The notes: generated from the sequence alone by a model not told the origin. DNA of 64,000 nucleotides from Gammaproteobacteria bacterium (GCA_041589175.1 JBFHWF010000003.1:6846-70845); one strand, 5' to 3'. Positions 8,862-19,914 are shown, counted from the first letter of the stretch. Translations and numbers: made by a program.

Positions 8862-10085
8862 ATGACTATAGAAGTGAAAGTACCCGGATTACCTGAATCG
8901 GTTTCCGATGCAACTATTGTTGCCTGGCGAAAGAAAGCAGGTGATCAGGTTAAACGGGATGAGCCTCTGGTCGACCTTGAAACCGATAAGGTTGTGCTGG
9001 AGGTGCCGTCACCTGCAGATGGTGTTGTGCAGACTATCCACCAGCAGGAAGGTGCAGTGGTGACTGCGGAGCAATTGCTGGCTGAGCTGTCTGAAGTTGA
9101 TGCGTCATTACAGGCATCCGCCCAGTCGGCTGAAGTTGCATCGTCATCCGCAGAAGCGTTTATTACACCCTCAGCAAAGAAAATGATTGAGGACAATGGC
9201 CTGGATGCTTCAGATATTAGCGGTTCGGGAAAAGATGGACGTGTGCTTAAAGAGGATGTCATTGCACACATGCAATCGACTTCTTCCACACCTGATGCGG
9301 CCAAAGAAGAAAAGATTATGAAGCCAGAAGCGCCCTCAGCTGATTCAACGACTTCTTCGAATGTCAGTCTTGATACATCACTTGAGCGTGTCGAAAAGCG
9401 TGTGCCGATGACTCGTCTCAGGGCGCGTATTGCAGAACGTCTGATGAGTGCGCAGCATAACGCAGCAATTCTGACGACATTCAATGAAGTTAATATGCAG
9501 CCGGTTATGGATTTACGTAGTCGATACCAGGAACAGTTTGTCAAAAAATACGATATCAAACTTGGTTTTATGTCGTTTTTTATCAAGGCAAGTATCGAGG
9601 CGCTCAAGCGATACCCTGCCGTTAATGCATCAATAGATGGTAATGATATTGTATATCATGGCTTCTTCGATATCGGTGTCGCGGTAGCATCGCCAAGAGG
9701 GCTTGTCGTGCCCGTTGTAAGGGATGCCGATCAGATGACCCTGGCTGATATCGAGCGTACGATAGCCGACTTTTCTGTGCGTTCCCGTAATAATCAGTTA
9801 TCGCTGGATGAAATGACGGGTGGAACATTTTCGATCACCAATGGTGGTGTATTCGGTTCGATGATGTCGACACCGATTATTAATCCGCCGCAGAGCGGCA
9901 TACTGGGAATGCATAAGATTCAGCAGCGCCCAGTGGTTGAGAATGGCGAAATCGTCGCGCGCCCCATGATGTATCTTGCCCTGTCCTACGATCATCGCAT
10001 TATCGATGGTGCTGAAGCGGTACAGTTTCTGGTGACGATAAAAGACGTGCTTGAAGACCCTGCGCGTGTACTGGTTGGGGTGTGA
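8862..10085 (+). CDS. sucB: Dihydrolipoyllysine-residue succinyltransferase (E2o)
   Basis: N-terminal lipoyl domain (EVKVP...[12 protein letters not shown]), Ala/Ser-rich linker, E3-binding domain, and C-terminal catalytic 'DHRIIDG' motif. Confidence 0.95.
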   Translation: MTIEVKVPGLPESVSDATIVAWRKKAGDQVKRDEPLVDLETDKVVLEVPSPADGVVQTIHQQEGAVVTAEQLLAELSEVDASLQASAQSAEVASSSAEAFITPSAKKMIEDNGLDASDISGSGKDGRVLKEDVIAHMQSTSSTPDAAKEEKIMKPEAPSADSTTSSNVSLDTSLERVEKRVPMTRLRARIAERLMSAQHNAAILTTFNEVNMQPVMDLRSRYQEQFVKKYDIKLGFMSFFIKASIEALKRYPAVNASIDGNDIVYHGFFDIGVAVASPRGLVVPVVRDADQMTLADIERTIADFSVRSRNNQLSLDEMTGGTFSITNGGVFGSMMSTPIINPPQSGILGMHKIQQRPVVENGEIVARPMMYLALSYDHRIIDGAEAVQFLVTIKDVLEDPARVLVGV

Positions 10086-11533
10086 TTATGTCTGCAAATT
10101 ACGATGTCATCGTTATCGGCGCAGGCCCTGCAGGCTATGTGGCAGCCATACGTTGTGCACAACTGGGTATGCGCACCTTATGTGTGGATAACTGGGTAAA
10201 TGAGCAGGGTGAGCCTTCACTGGGTGGCACCTGTCTAAATGTTGGATGTATACCCTCAAAGGCGCTACTACAGTCATCCGAACTTTATGAAATGGCGACG
10301 TCGGGCTTTGCTGATCATGGTATACAGGCAGCCGATGTGTCACTGGATCTGGCCGCCATGATGGCGCGTAAAGATAAGGTGGTTTCTGAGCTAACCCAGG
10401 GTGTGTCGATGCTTCTGAAAGCAAATAAGGTCGAGATGCTGAGTGGAACAGCCAAGCTCATGGCTGATAAAAACGTCAAACTGAATCTGGCGAATGGTGA
10501 GCAGCAGATGCTGCAGGCTAAGCACATTATTATTGCCAGTGGTTCCAGTTCGATTGAATTGAGCAATGCGCCGCTGGTGGATGATGTGGTGGTCGATTCT
10601 ACAGGGGCACTGGCATTTAATTCCGTTCCTGCACGTATAGGTATCGTTGGTGGTGGCGTTATCGGTCTTGAGCTGGGTAGTGTGTGGCGTCGCCTGGGGT
10701 CTGAGGTTGTTATTCTTGAGGCGCAGGACAGTTTTCTGCCTCTGGCAGATCAGCAGTTATCCCGTGAGGCTTTGCGTGTTTTCAAAAAGCAGGGGCTTGA
10801 TATTCGTCTTAATGCGCGACTAATCGATACCCATGTGACTGGTGAAGGCGATAATCGGAAAGTAGAAGTCAGTTATGAAGATGAAAATGGTCAGCAGATT
10901 GACACCTACGATAAGTTGATAGTTGCCGTTGGGCGTAAACCGAATACAGACCACATCGCCGATGAAGAAGCAGATCTATTATTAGATGAACGCTGTTTTA
11001 TTCATGTCGATGAAAATTGCGAAACTTCGCTACCAGAGGTATATGCCATTGGTGATGTCGTGCGTGGCCCCATGCTGGCACATAAAGGTTCAGAGGAAGG
11101 TATGATGGTGGCTGAGCGGATAGCAGGTCAGTCAGCTGAGGTGAATTATGAGCATATACCATCGGTGGTTTATACCCACCCTGAACTTGCATGGGTCGGT
11201 AAAACAGAACAGCAATTAATGGCGTCAGGTGAAGATTATCGATCAGGTGTTTTTCCTTTTGCGGCCAGTGGTAGAGCACGCGCGGCGGGAGAAACCACGG
11301 GAATGGTTAAGATACTCTCTAGTGCAAGAACAGATCGAGTGTTAGGTGTGCATATTATAGGTGCCCATGCATCTGAGTTAATTGCCCAGGCTGTGATTGC
11401 CATGCAGATGGGGGCAAGCTCGGAAGATCTGGCGTTGACCGTGTTTGCACATCCGTCGTTATCAGAGGCCTTGCATGAAGCGGCGCTTGCCGTTGATAAT
11501 CGCGCGATTCATATTGCGCAAAAGAAAAAGTAA
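10082..11533 (+). CDS. lpdA: Dihydrolipoyl dehydrogenase (E3)
   Basis: '[21 protein letters not shown]' FAD motif, redox disulfide '[13 protein letters not shown]', and C-terminal dimerisation 'HAHPSLSEA'. Confidence 0.95.
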   Translation: MIMSANYDVIVIGAGPAGYVAAIRCAQLGMRTLCVDNWVNEQGEPSLGGTCLNVGCIPSKALLQSSELYEMATSGFADHGIQAADVSLDLAAMMARKDKVVSELTQGVSMLLKANKVEMLSGTAKLMADKNVKLNLANGEQQMLQAKHIIIASGSSSIELSNAPLVDDVVVDSTGALAFNSVPARIGIVGGGVIGLELGSVWRRLGSEVVILEAQDSFLPLADQQLSREALRVFKKQGLDIRLNARLIDTHVTGEGDNRKVEVSYEDENGQQIDTYDKLIVAVGRKPNTDHIADEEADLLLDERCFIHVDENCETSLPEVYAIGDVVRGPMLAHKGSEEGMMVAERIAGQSAEVNYEHIPSVVYTHPELAWVGKTEQQLMASGEDYRSGVFPFAASGRARAAGETTGMVKILSSARTDRVLGVHIIGAHASELIAQAVIAMQMGASSEDLALTVFAHPSLSEALHEAALAVDNRAIHIAQKKK

Positions 11534-11571
11534 ACGAATAAACATCCAGCGTGTGCTGGTGGAGTTCACCC

Positions 11572-12738
11572 ATGAATTTACATGAATATCAAGCCAAACA
11601 ACTGTTTCGACAATACGGCATGCCTGTGCCAGAGAGCCGCGTAGTCAGTTCTGCAGGTGATGTTGTTTCTGCGCTCGATTCATTGAGCGGCGATCGTTGG
11701 GTGGTAAAGGCCCAGGTTCATGCTGGCGGCAGAGGTAAAGCTGGTGGCGTCAAGATTAGCGACAATACCGAAGAAGTTTCACACTTTGTGGGGCAGATGC
11801 TGGGAACTAACCTGGTGACCTATCAGACGGATTCGCGGGGGCAGCCGATTCACCATGTGTTACTTGAGGAAACCAGTAATATTGATCGCGAACTTTATGT
11901 GGGTGCGGTGGTGGATCGTGCAACTCGTCGCGTGGTCATAATGGCTTCGACGGAAGGTGGTGTTGAAATTGAAAAAGTTGCAGAAGAATCACCTGAAAAA
12001 ATTCTGCGCGCCACAGTGGATCCCATGCTCGGGTTAATGCCTTACCAGTGTCGAAAACTTGCTTTTGGTCTCGGGCTTGAAGGTGATCAGATTAAACAGT
12101 TTACGCGATTGTTAAGTGGCCTCGCGAAACTGTTTGTTGAAAAGGATCTGAGTCTGGTGGAGATTAATCCGCTGGTTGTTACAAAAGAAGGTAACCTGAT
12201 TTGTCTCGATGGCAAGATTAATGTTGATGATAATGCATTATATCGTCAGCCTGAGCTATTGGAGCTTCGAGATACAACGCAGGAAGATGAGAGGGAAAAT
12301 AGAGCAAAGGAGTGGGACCTTAATTACATTGCACTGGACGGTAGTATCGGTTGCATGGTAAATGGTGCAGGCCTGGCTATGGCGACCATGGATCTGATTA
12401 AACTACATGGCGGTGATCCCGCAAACTTTCTCGATGTTGGCGGTGGTGCAACAAAAGAGCGGGTTGCAGAAGCATTCAAGATTATTCTATCTGACGAGAA
12501 TGTGAAAACGGTGCTGGTTAATATTTTTGGTGGCATCGTACGATGTGACCTGATCGCTGAGGGTATTATTGGCGCGGTTGAAGAGGTGGGCGTTACTATA
12601 CCTATCGTAGTCAGGCTTGAAGGAAATAATGCTGAGAAGGGTGCGACACTGCTTGAGCAGAGTGATCTGAATATTATTACAGCGCATGGTTTAACCGAAG
12701 CTGCAGAGAAAGCAGTTGCTGCTGCTAAAGGGGTATAA
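11572..12738 (+). CDS. sucC: Succinyl-CoA ligase [ADP-forming] beta subunit
   Basis: Begins '[12 protein letters not shown]', the canonical SucC N-terminus. The track ORF extends 7 codons further upstream, which is probably not the real start. Confidence 0.95.
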   Translation: MNLHEYQAKQLFRQYGMPVPESRVVSSAGDVVSALDSLSGDRWVVKAQVHAGGRGKAGGVKISDNTEEVSHFVGQMLGTNLVTYQTDSRGQPIHHVLLEETSNIDRELYVGAVVDRATRRVVIMASTEGGVEIEKVAEESPEKILRATVDPMLGLMPYQCRKLAFGLGLEGDQIKQFTRLLSGLAKLFVEKDLSLVEINPLVVTKEGNLICLDGKINVDDNALYRQPELLELRDTTQEDERENRAKEWDLNYIALDGSIGCMVNGAGLAMATMDLIKLHGGDPANFLDVGGGATKERVAEAFKIILSDENVKTVLVNIFGGIVRCDLIAEGIIGAVEEVGVTIPIVVRLEGNNAEKGATLLEQSDLNIITAHGLTEAAEKAVAAAKGV

Positions 12739-12741
12739 GTC

Positions 12742-13614
12742 ATGAGTGTTTTAATTAACAGCGAAACCAAAGTAATCTGCCAGGGCTTTACGGGGAAACA
12801 GGGAACCTTTCACTCAGAACAGGCGATTGCCTATGGAACACAAATGGTCGGTGGTGTAACACCGGGTAAAGGTGGGCAAACCCACCTTGGTTTGCCGGTC
12901 TTTAATACTGTGCGCGATGCTGTGAATCATACTGCAGCAACTGCATCAGTTATTTATGTGCCGGCCCCATTCTGTAAGGATTCTATCCTTGAAGCGGTCG
13001 ACGCTGGTATTGAACTTATCGTCTGTATTACAGAAGGTATACCCACCCTGGATATGGTTGAGGCAAAAATTGCTGTTGACCAGGCTGGTGTGCGCCTGAT
13101 TGGGCCAAACTGCCCGGGTATCATTACGCCAGGCGAATGTAAGATAGGTATTATGCCGGGTGAAATACACAAACCAGGCAAGGTGGGTATAGTTTCCCGT
13201 TCAGGTACTCTGACCTATGAAGCGGTAAAACAGACAAGCGATCTCGGTTATGGTCAGACAACGTGTATTGGTATTGGAGGTGATCCGATACCCGGTATGA
13301 ATTTTATCGACTGCCTTGCGCTGTTCGAGGAAGACCCTGAAACTGAAGCGATACTGATGGTGGGGGAGATCGGTGGTACCGCGGAAGAGGAAGCAGCTGA
13401 GTATATTCGTACCAGTGTTAACAAGCCTGTGGCTGCGTTTATTGCGGGTGGAACAGCACCCAAGGGTAAGCGTATGGGGCATGCTGGTGCGATAATCGCT
13501 GGTGGCAAAGGCACGGCGGAAGAAAAGTTCTCGGCACTACAGGCCGCTGGGGTAACGATTACACGATCTCCCGCCGGTCTTGGTCAGGCAGTCGCTGAAG
13601 CGACTGGCTGGTAG
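12742..13614 (+). CDS. sucD: Succinyl-CoA ligase alpha subunit
   Basis: '[15 protein letters not shown]', phosphohistidine loop '[15 protein letters not shown]'. 4 nt downstream of sucC. Confidence 0.95.
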   Translation: MSVLINSETKVICQGFTGKQGTFHSEQAIAYGTQMVGGVTPGKGGQTHLGLPVFNTVRDAVNHTAATASVIYVPAPFCKDSILEAVDAGIELIVCITEGIPTLDMVEAKIAVDQAGVRLIGPNCPGIITPGECKIGIMPGEIHKPGKVGIVSRSGTLTYEAVKQTSDLGYGQTTCIGIGGDPIPGMNFIDCLALFEEDPETEAILMVGEIGGTAEEEAAEYIRTSVNKPVAAFIAGGTAPKGKRMGHAGAIIAGGKGTAEEKFSALQAAGVTITRSPAGLGQAVAEATGW

Positions 13615-13627
13615 CTTTAGCTGATAG

Positions 13628-14152
13628 CTATTCGGCAGGACCAATATTGATGCCGAGGGAGACTCTATTTTCGCTCGACAGATTTTCCGTGACTTCATGG
13701 GGCATGTTGGGTGGAAAAAAAACGAACATGCCTTCCTGTGGTGTCACCTCGGATAATACGGCGCCCTTGCCAATAATCAGTTGTCCAGAGTTCTCTGGGA
13801 CTTTTACATAATAAACCGCAGATAACAGCTCGTCGTCGTCATCATGTTGATGAAGTGTTGTGCGGTCTCCCGGCGCCATCAGGTTGAACCAGAGTCCAGC
13901 GCGGAGCTGGTCGGTGGGTCTTTGAAGTATCTGTGAGGCGATACGAATGCAATTCTCAAGAACGGTATTAATGGCAGGTATTTGTCCGGCGTCGATGTAG
14001 ATGTTTTCATAGCGGCCATGAAAAAGATGTGTCTTTCGAGTGCTGTCATCGTCAATATGCTGTTCAAGGCCTTTAAGTAGGGATGCGTTGACAGGCACCG
14101 CATTATCGAGCGTTGCCGTATGTAGAGTAAAGTTCTGGATGCGCAGTGTCAT
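13628..14152 (-). CDS. Putative 2OG-Fe(II) oxygenase-like cupin protein (TIGR02466-like)
   Basis: Motifs 'HQHDDDDELLSAVYYVKVPENSG' and 'FFPPNMPHEV' resemble the H-x-D...H facial triad and double-stranded beta-helix of that uncharacterised family. Family assignment is from memory. Confidence 0.5.
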   Translation of the reverse strand: MTLRIQNFTLHTATLDNAVPVNASLLKGLEQHIDDDSTRKTHLFHGRYENIYIDAGQIPAINTVLENCIRIASQILQRPTDQLRAGLWFNLMAPGDRTTLHQHDDDDELLSAVYYVKVPENSGQLIIGKGAVLSEVTPQEGMFVFFPPNMPHEVTENLSSENRVSLGINIGPAE

Positions 14153-14637
14153 AATTCAGCCCCCTCGATGTCGTAATACATTATATCGACATCTTCTCCA
14201 TGATATTCGCAGCTTTCTAGATGCTGCCAGCCCCTTTTTCTGTAAAACATGGCCTGGTCAGGTGTAAACAGGTAGATTCTGGTGATATTAAGTGTACTGG
14301 CCACCTGAATAATGTGCTGAAGTAAACGGGAGGCGATGCCCCGGCGGCGATACGGGGCATCCACATACAGGCTTGCTACCCACGGCCCCAGCTGTGGACG
14401 TGTATCCATGTCAGATGTGACCAGGCTAATGGAACCAAGGGGAATAGGCCCTTGAGTCGCAACCAGGCAGCAGGGGAGTGCAGGTGCGGGTTCATAGCCG
14501 CTATAGAGTTGTATGCGTTTCTCCGTGGTAAGCTCGGGGCTTATGTTTTTCCATTCCTGTTGATGCCAGTGGGCAATGATGGGTATATGCTCAGAGTGCT
14601 GTTCGAGAGAGTGGATTGAGAAATCGGACATACGCAA
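14149..14637 (-). CDS. GNAT family N-acetyltransferase
   Basis: 'RRRGIASRLLQHIIQVASTLNITRIYLFT' is the acetyl-CoA binding motif A (R/Q-x-x-G-x-G/A). ATGA-coupled to the downstream oxygenase-like gene. Confidence 0.7.
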   Translation of the reverse strand: MRMSDFSIHSLEQHSEHIPIIAHWHQQEWKNISPELTTEKRIQLYSGYEPAPALPCCLVATQGPIPLGSISLVTSDMDTRPQLGPWVASLYVDAPYRRRGIASRLLQHIIQVASTLNITRIYLFTPDQAMFYRKRGWQHLESCEYHGEDVDIMYYDIEGAEL

Positions 14638-14758
14638 AAAAAATCACTGAAATTGATGGAAATAGTGTCTATTCTAATAGTTAAGACGAATACATTGAAT
14701 GATATAAAAAAATAAAAATTCTTAAGTAAAATCATGCGCTTATGTGGAGGCCCCCCGT

Positions 14759-15343
14759 ATGAGTTCAAGTAATAAAATATTGATTGTTGATGATACCCCC
14801 TCAATTCATGAAGATTTCAGGAAAATTTTAACAAACCCCTCCAATATGGGAGGAGAGCTTGATGTTATGGCTGATACTCTGTTCGGTACAGCAGCACAGG
14901 ATAATGTCTATAAGGAAATCGATTATCAGCTCGACTCAGCATTCCAGGGTGAAGAAGCACTAAGGATGATCGAAAAGGCCGAGGAAGAAGGAGCCGGTTA
15001 CTCGCTGGTGTTTATGGATGTGCGCATGCCACCCGGTCTGGATGGTATTAAGACCATCGGTAAAATCTGGGAAAAATACCCAAGCATGGAAATCGTAATC
15101 TGTACCGCCTATTCCGATTATTCATGGGTCGATATTATCGACATACTGGGCCCATCAGATCATCTGCTTGTACTGAAAAAGCCCTTTGATGCAGATGAGG
15201 CCCAGCAGATGGCATTATCAATGACGCAACGAGCAAATAAATCGATGCGTCAACGAGAATATATTACGGGTCTGGAAAGCAACCTTAAAGATTGTAAAGA
15301 TAATGTCACACAATTAAAAAAGCAGTACGAGTCTAAAGAATAA
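14759..15343 (+). CDS. Standalone response-regulator receiver (REC) protein with a C-terminal coiled-coil tail
   Basis: 'KILIVDDTPSIHEDFRKIL', phospho-acceptor region 'LVFMDVRMPPGLDG', 'ICTAYSDYSW', 'LKKPFD' (Lys-Pro). Paralogous to the REC domain of the protein at 17673. Confidence 0.75.
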   Translation: MSSSNKILIVDDTPSIHEDFRKILTNPSNMGGELDVMADTLFGTAAQDNVYKEIDYQLDSAFQGEEALRMIEKAEEEGAGYSLVFMDVRMPPGLDGIKTIGKIWEKYPSMEIVICTAYSDYSWVDIIDILGPSDHLLVLKKPFDADEAQQMALSMTQRANKSMRQREYITGLESNLKDCKDNVTQLKKQYESKE

Positions 15344-15404
15344 TACAGCGGTATAAGGAAGGTGTCCGATAGTCTCATGGGGTTACCTCCGCTTCATTAA
15401 GGGG

Positions 15405-15926
15405 GTGTTAGTTCATCAGTTCGCCTGTTTCCTCATGCTTATGGCATGGGGAGAGTTATCTATTGCTGAAAATAGTGAAAATAATCAGTTAAAAGCTGCC
15501 TATATCATCAACTTTGCTCGTTTTAGTAGCTGGCCAGAATCCGCTCTCGAAAGTACAACAAATCTCTATATGTGTGTGTTGATGGATACAGAGCTGGGTT
15601 CATATCTTGAGTTAATGGCGAACAGGAAAATCAAAGGTCGTGATGTAGTTATTGTAAATGTTGAGGCCGGTGTTGCTCTTGAAAAATGTCACCTGGTGTA
15701 TTTTGGAAAGGGTGATGACGAAAAAACCCAACGGGCCCTGAATAACATAGCAGGTATTTCATTGATAACGATGAGTGATATATCAGGTTTTGTGTATATG
15801 GGAGGCATGGTCGAGATGTTGAAGCAGGGGAGAAAATACCGCTTTATAGTCGATCTAAAAAAGAGTGAAGCAGTTATGATTCGATATCGATCAGAACTGT
15901 TAGAAGTATCAGAGGTGATAAGGTGA
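15405..15926 (+). CDS. DUF4154 / YfiR-like periplasmic protein (GTG start)
   Basis: N-terminal signal-like segment followed by 'LKAAYIINFARFSSWPE', the hallmark of YfiR/DUF4154 proteins that partner with membrane GGDEF or kinase sensors. Confidence 0.6.
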   Translation: MLVHQFACFLMLMAWGELSIAENSENNQLKAAYIINFARFSSWPESALESTTNLYMCVLMDTELGSYLELMANRKIKGRDVVIVNVEAGVALEKCHLVYFGKGDDEKTQRALNNIAGISLITMSDISGFVYMGGMVEMLKQGRKYRFIVDLKKSEAVMIRYRSELLEVSEVIR

Positions 15927-15930
15927 TCCT

Positions 15931-17658
15931 ATGATACGTAATATGAGTATAAAAAATAAGCTACTACTGGTCTTTATTATATTGACGACGATGGTGCTGG
16001 CGACCGCATTTATCATAATGATCAGTATCAATATAAAAAATTCAAAAGATAATATTGCGTCAGTTATGGATGTTGTCGGCAGCATTATTGCAGATCGATG
16101 TGCTGCTTCATTGGCTTTCTCTGATGTCGAGTCAGCAAATGGAAATTTGAGAACGCTATCCTCTTATAATTCTGTCGTATATGCCTGTATACGAACACGA
16201 GACAACCAGGTGTTTTCAGAATACAACCTGAATGTAGACCAGGTTTTCAGATGTGAAGGGTTTAGTGCCGATGAGAATAATCGATTCAGGAATCAATACT
16301 TTGATAGCTTCAAGCCAATTATGCTGGAAGGTGAAGCCATTGGCTCATTGCAAATAAAGGTAAGTCTTGATGCCTATAATGAAGAGGTTGTGGGAGCAAT
16401 CAATGTGTCGGTAATTGTCTTCGCTGTATTGATGTTGATATCAATATACATAATGATAAGAATAACGAACTTAATAACCAATCCGATAGCGAGTTTAAAG
16501 GATCTTGCAAATGAAGTGACGGAGAAGGAAGACTATAGCCTGAGAATGAAAGAAAAAGCGGATGACGAAGTCGGTGTGCTAATTACAACATTTAATAATA
16601 TGCTTGAGCAGATCGAGATTCGTGATAGAGATCTACTGAAAGAAAAAGAAAATGCGGAACGCGCAGCATTATCATCGAAGCGATATGCGAAAGAAACCGA
16701 ACTGATTAATGCCGACCTGGAAAGTGAAATAACGGAGAGGGTACGTATAGAAGAGGAGCTTCATCAGCTCAATGAAACACTGGAAGAGAAAGTATATGAA
16801 AGGACGCGAGAGCTAAAGGAAATGAATGAGAAGATTGGTGATATATCACGAAGTGCAGGTATGGCAGAGGTGGCTAATGGCGTATTGCATAACGTAGGTA
16901 ATGTATTAAATAGCGTCAATGTGTCAGCGTCTATGTTGAGAGAGTTAGCCAGAAAAACGAAGGCACATAATCTGAGTCGCGTAGTAAAAATGCTAAAAGA
17001 AAATAAATCAAATATTGGCGAGTATATTTCTAGTGATAGCAAAGGCAAGCAGATACCTGACTTCCTGAGTTTGCTTGATGGGCAGCTGGATGAAGAGCGT
17101 CGCACCATGTTTAAGGAGCTTGATGAGCTTTCTAACAGTATTGATCATATTAAAAATGTTGTCAGTATGCAGCAGTCATATGCAGGAAGTTATGGTGTAA
17201 GAGAGCAGATTCATCTTCCTGATCTGGTAGAAGATGCAATCAAAATAAACATGGAAGGGATGGCGCGTAGAGGAATACGGTTAATTAAGAAGTATGAGGA
17301 TGTGCCACTTGTGTATCTGGATAAGCATAAGGTCCTGCAAATAATTATTAACATTATCAGTAATGCGAAACATGCGTTAACTGACAGTGATAATGCGGAA
17401 AAGATCTTGCAATTATTTGTTGTGCAGAGAAATAAGGAGCTCGTAGTGGAGGTTAAGGATACGGGTATAGGGATTAGCGAAGAAGATCTAGCGCATCTAT
17501 TCGAATATGGATTTAAAAAACGTCGAGGGGGTCACGGCTATGGATTGCATCATAGTGGGATTGTGGCGAATGAGCTTGGCGGAAAGATAACTGTAGAGAG
17601 CGAAGGCCTGGGTAAAGGTGCGATTTTCAGGTTGATTCTGCCAGTCACGAATGAGTAA
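15931..17658 (+). CDS. Membrane sensor histidine kinase (periplasmic sensor, HAMP, coiled coil, HisKA-like H-box, HATPase_c)
   Basis: Two TM segments flank a periplasmic domain of about 150 aa. H-box 'GVLHNVGNVLNS'. ATPase G-boxes 'VKDTGIGI' and 'GGHGYGLHHSG'. Confidence 0.85.
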   Translation: MIRNMSIKNKLLLVFIILTTMVLATAFIIMISINIKNSKDNIASVMDVVGSIIADRCAASLAFSDVESANGNLRTLSSYNSVVYACIRTRDNQVFSEYNLNVDQVFRCEGFSADENNRFRNQYFDSFKPIMLEGEAIGSLQIKVSLDAYNEEVVGAINVSVIVFAVLMLISIYIMIRITNLITNPIASLKDLANEVTEKEDYSLRMKEKADDEVGVLITTFNNMLEQIEIRDRDLLKEKENAERAALSSKRYAKETELINADLESEITERVRIEEELHQLNETLEEKVYERTRELKEMNEKIGDISRSAGMAEVANGVLHNVGNVLNSVNVSASMLRELARKTKAHNLSRVVKMLKENKSNIGEYISSDSKGKQIPDFLSLLDGQLDEERRTMFKELDELSNSIDHIKNVVSMQQSYAGSYGVREQIHLPDLVEDAIKINMEGMARRGIRLIKKYEDVPLVYLDKHKVLQIIINIISNAKHALTDSDNAEKILQLFVVQRNKELVVEVKDTGIGISEEDLAHLFEYGFKKRRGGHGYGLHHSGIVANELGGKITVESEGLGKGAIFRLILPVTNE

Positions 17659-17672
17659 GAGGCTGTAGTGAA

Positions 17673-19847
17673 ATGACAAAGTTCAATAACCGAATTCTAA
17701 TCATTGATGATGATACGCGGATTCACGAGGATTTCAGAAAAATACTCGGCATAAAAGAAGAGCTAAGCGAATTTGATGAAATGGAATCAGCTTTGTTTTC
17801 AGATGAAAGCGGCTCAAGAACCAGTATTGAATATGAGCTGGATTCGGCATATCAGGGGCAGGAAGGTTATGAAAAGGTGTTAAAGGCGAATGCGACGGGT
17901 AATCCGTATGCACTGGCTTTCGTCGATATGCGTATGCCGCCAGGCTGGGATGGTCTCGAAACTATCAAGCATATATGGGAAGAAGATAAACATATACAGC
18001 TTGTTATCTGTACGGCCTATTCAGACTATTCATGGAGTGAAGTGCTTTATCATCTTGGCGCATCCGACCGTTTGATTATTCTTAAAAAGCCATTCGATAT
18101 GGTTGAGGTTCAACAAATAGCTACGGCATTAACCACCAAGTGGAATGTGAGCATGGAGAGCGCAGCAAGGCTGCAACGTATCAGGGAGTCAGAGGAAAAG
18201 TATCGAACTGTGATAGATAGTGTGGATAACACGATTGTCACAATGGATGAAAATGGTGAAATTATTTTCGTAAATCACAATCCCTGGAGCCTGCTTGAGC
18301 ATAAGGGGCAGGATAATTATTACCTTGGAATAAAAGAAGAGTATAGGGATCAGGTAAAAGAATCAGTTAAAGATGTTATAAGAAATGGCGTTCAGAAGAA
18401 TGTGGAATTTGCCAGTGTTGGTAATGATCATGAGACATTATGGTCTGAAGGTAGAATATCGCCATATTATAAAAATGACGAGGTTGTTGCAGCGACACTG
18501 GTGGCAAGTGATATCACCGCCAGGAAAGCGCTCGACTGGCAGTTAAGACATGATGAGTTAACGGGGCTTGCAAACCGGGGATGCTTTGTTAGTAAGCTTG
18601 AGGAGAAATTGATACTCAGAGATGATGGGGATAAATATGCGATTCTGTTTATCGATCTGGATCATTTCAATCTGGTGAATGACTGTTTTGGTCATGAGCT
18701 GGGTGATAAAGTGCTTGTCGAAGTGTCCAAGATCATCGCGGATAATATTGATGCGGATGATATGCTGGCCAGGCTTGGTGGTGATGAATTTGCGATTTTT
18801 AAGGAGCTTGGTAGAGAAGTACATGATATTCATGCCTATACAGAAGCGTTGAGGGAATCTTTAAAAACGTCGATTTTAATTGATGGGTTCGAGATTTATC
18901 CCTCTGTCAGCATTGGTATTGTCATCAGTGAAGACAGGACTGATACATCAACGAGTCTTATGCGGGATGCTGATGCTGCCCTCTATCATGCCAAATCTAG
19001 TGGACGAAACAGGTTCGAATATTTTGATCAGGAAGTGCGAGAAAATGTTATTCGACGAGTTAATCTTGGTGCGGAGTTGCGTGCAGCAATTGAGAAAAAT
19101 CAGTTTCAGGTGCTTTATCAGCCTATAGTGAATGTGGCTGAAAAAAAGATTTCCGGTTTTGAGGCGTTGATACGTTGGAATCATCCCCAGCGCGGCATAG
19201 TGTCACCGGTGGAATTTATACCAATCGCAGAAGAAACTGGCCTGATTGTGCAAATCACTCGCAAGGTCCTTGAAGCCGTATGTCGGCAGTTCGAAGACTG
19301 GAAGCAGCATGGAATAAACGATGTGAATATTGCGGTTAACTGTTCTGCGAGAGAATTCAAGGAGCAGGATCTTGATAAGATTATTGCGGATGTTTTTCCT
19401 GAAGAACATATATCTCGGCTTGAAATTGAGCTGACAGAGAGCAGTATTATGGATGATGTTAATCGTGCAATAGAAAATATGAAGCGACTCGCGGCTATGG
19501 GCGTGGGTGTTTCAATTGATGATTTTGGTACGGGTTATTCCTCGTTTGGTTATATCAAGCAATTTGCTATCAGAAAACTGAAGATTGATCGTGTCTTTAT
19601 CAAGGATACGCCAGGTGATGAGGATGATGTTGCGATAGTAGAGGCAATTATCGCCATGGCGAACAGGCTCAAGATAAGAGTTGTGGCTGAGGGTGTAGAA
19701 ACTGCCGATCAGCTAAAATATCTAGCATCTGCAAAATGCGACTTTATACAGGGTTATCTACTGGGTAAGCCGATGTCAGCTGATGACGCTGAAAACCTGC
19801 TAAAACAGGAGCAAGACTGGCTCAATAAGCATCTTGATCAGGTCTAG
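17673..19847 (+). CDS. Response regulator with REC-PAS-GGDEF-EAL architecture (c-di-GMP turnover)
   Basis: REC 'RILIIDDDTRIHEDFRKIL...FVDMRMPPGWDG'. GGDEF motif 'RLGGDEFAIF'. EAL 'FEALIRWNHPQRG' with downstream 'DDFGTGYSS' and 'KIDRVFI' motifs. Confidence 0.9.
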   Translation: MTKFNNRILIIDDDTRIHEDFRKILGIKEELSEFDEMESALFSDESGSRTSIEYELDSAYQGQEGYEKVLKANATGNPYALAFVDMRMPPGWDGLETIKHIWEEDKHIQLVICTAYSDYSWSEVLYHLGASDRLIILKKPFDMVEVQQIATALTTKWNVSMESAARLQRIRESEEKYRTVIDSVDNTIVTMDENGEIIFVNHNPWSLLEHKGQDNYYLGIKEEYRDQVKESVKDVIRNGVQKNVEFASVGNDHETLWSEGRISPYYKNDEVVAATLVASDITARKALDWQLRHDELTGLANRGCFVSKLEEKLILRDDGDKYAILFIDLDHFNLVNDCFGHELGDKVLVEVSKIIADNIDADDMLARLGGDEFAIFKELGREVHDIHAYTEALRESLKTSILIDGFEIYPSVSIGIVISEDRTDTSTSLMRDADAALYHAKSSGRNRFEYFDQEVRENVIRRVNLGAELRAAIEKNQFQVLYQPIVNVAEKKISGFEALIRWNHPQRGIVSPVEFIPIAEETGLIVQITRKVLEAVCRQFEDWKQHGINDVNIAVNCSAREFKEQDLDKIIADVFPEEHISRLEIELTESSIMDDVNRAIENMKRLAAMGVGVSIDDFGTGYSSFGYIKQFAIRKLKIDRVFIKDTPGDEDDVAIVEAIIAMANRLKIRVVAEGVETADQLKYLASAKCDFIQGYLLGKPMSADDAENLLKQEQDWLNKHLDQV

Positions 19848-19914
19848 GGGGTGGTTTTTTGCTGAGTGCATAAGGTGTAGAATGAGGGCCGGGTTCTACA
19901 TGATCGATTTATAA

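Noticed and set aside
8945-9607. 220-aa minus-strand ORF inside sucB, and similar antisense ORFs inside sucA, sucC and sucD (for example 12324-12770, 13254-13514)
   Set aside because: Antisense to unambiguous TCA-cycle genes. Ser/Ala/Arg-rich composition is typical of shadow ORFs.
10076-10090. Apparent frame inconsistency at the sucB/lpdA junction when translating by hand
   Set aside because: The supplied ORF track gives clean full-length SucB and Lpd proteins with a 4-nt overlap. The discrepancy is most likely my mis-indexing of a G-run. I did not call it a frameshift or pseudogene.
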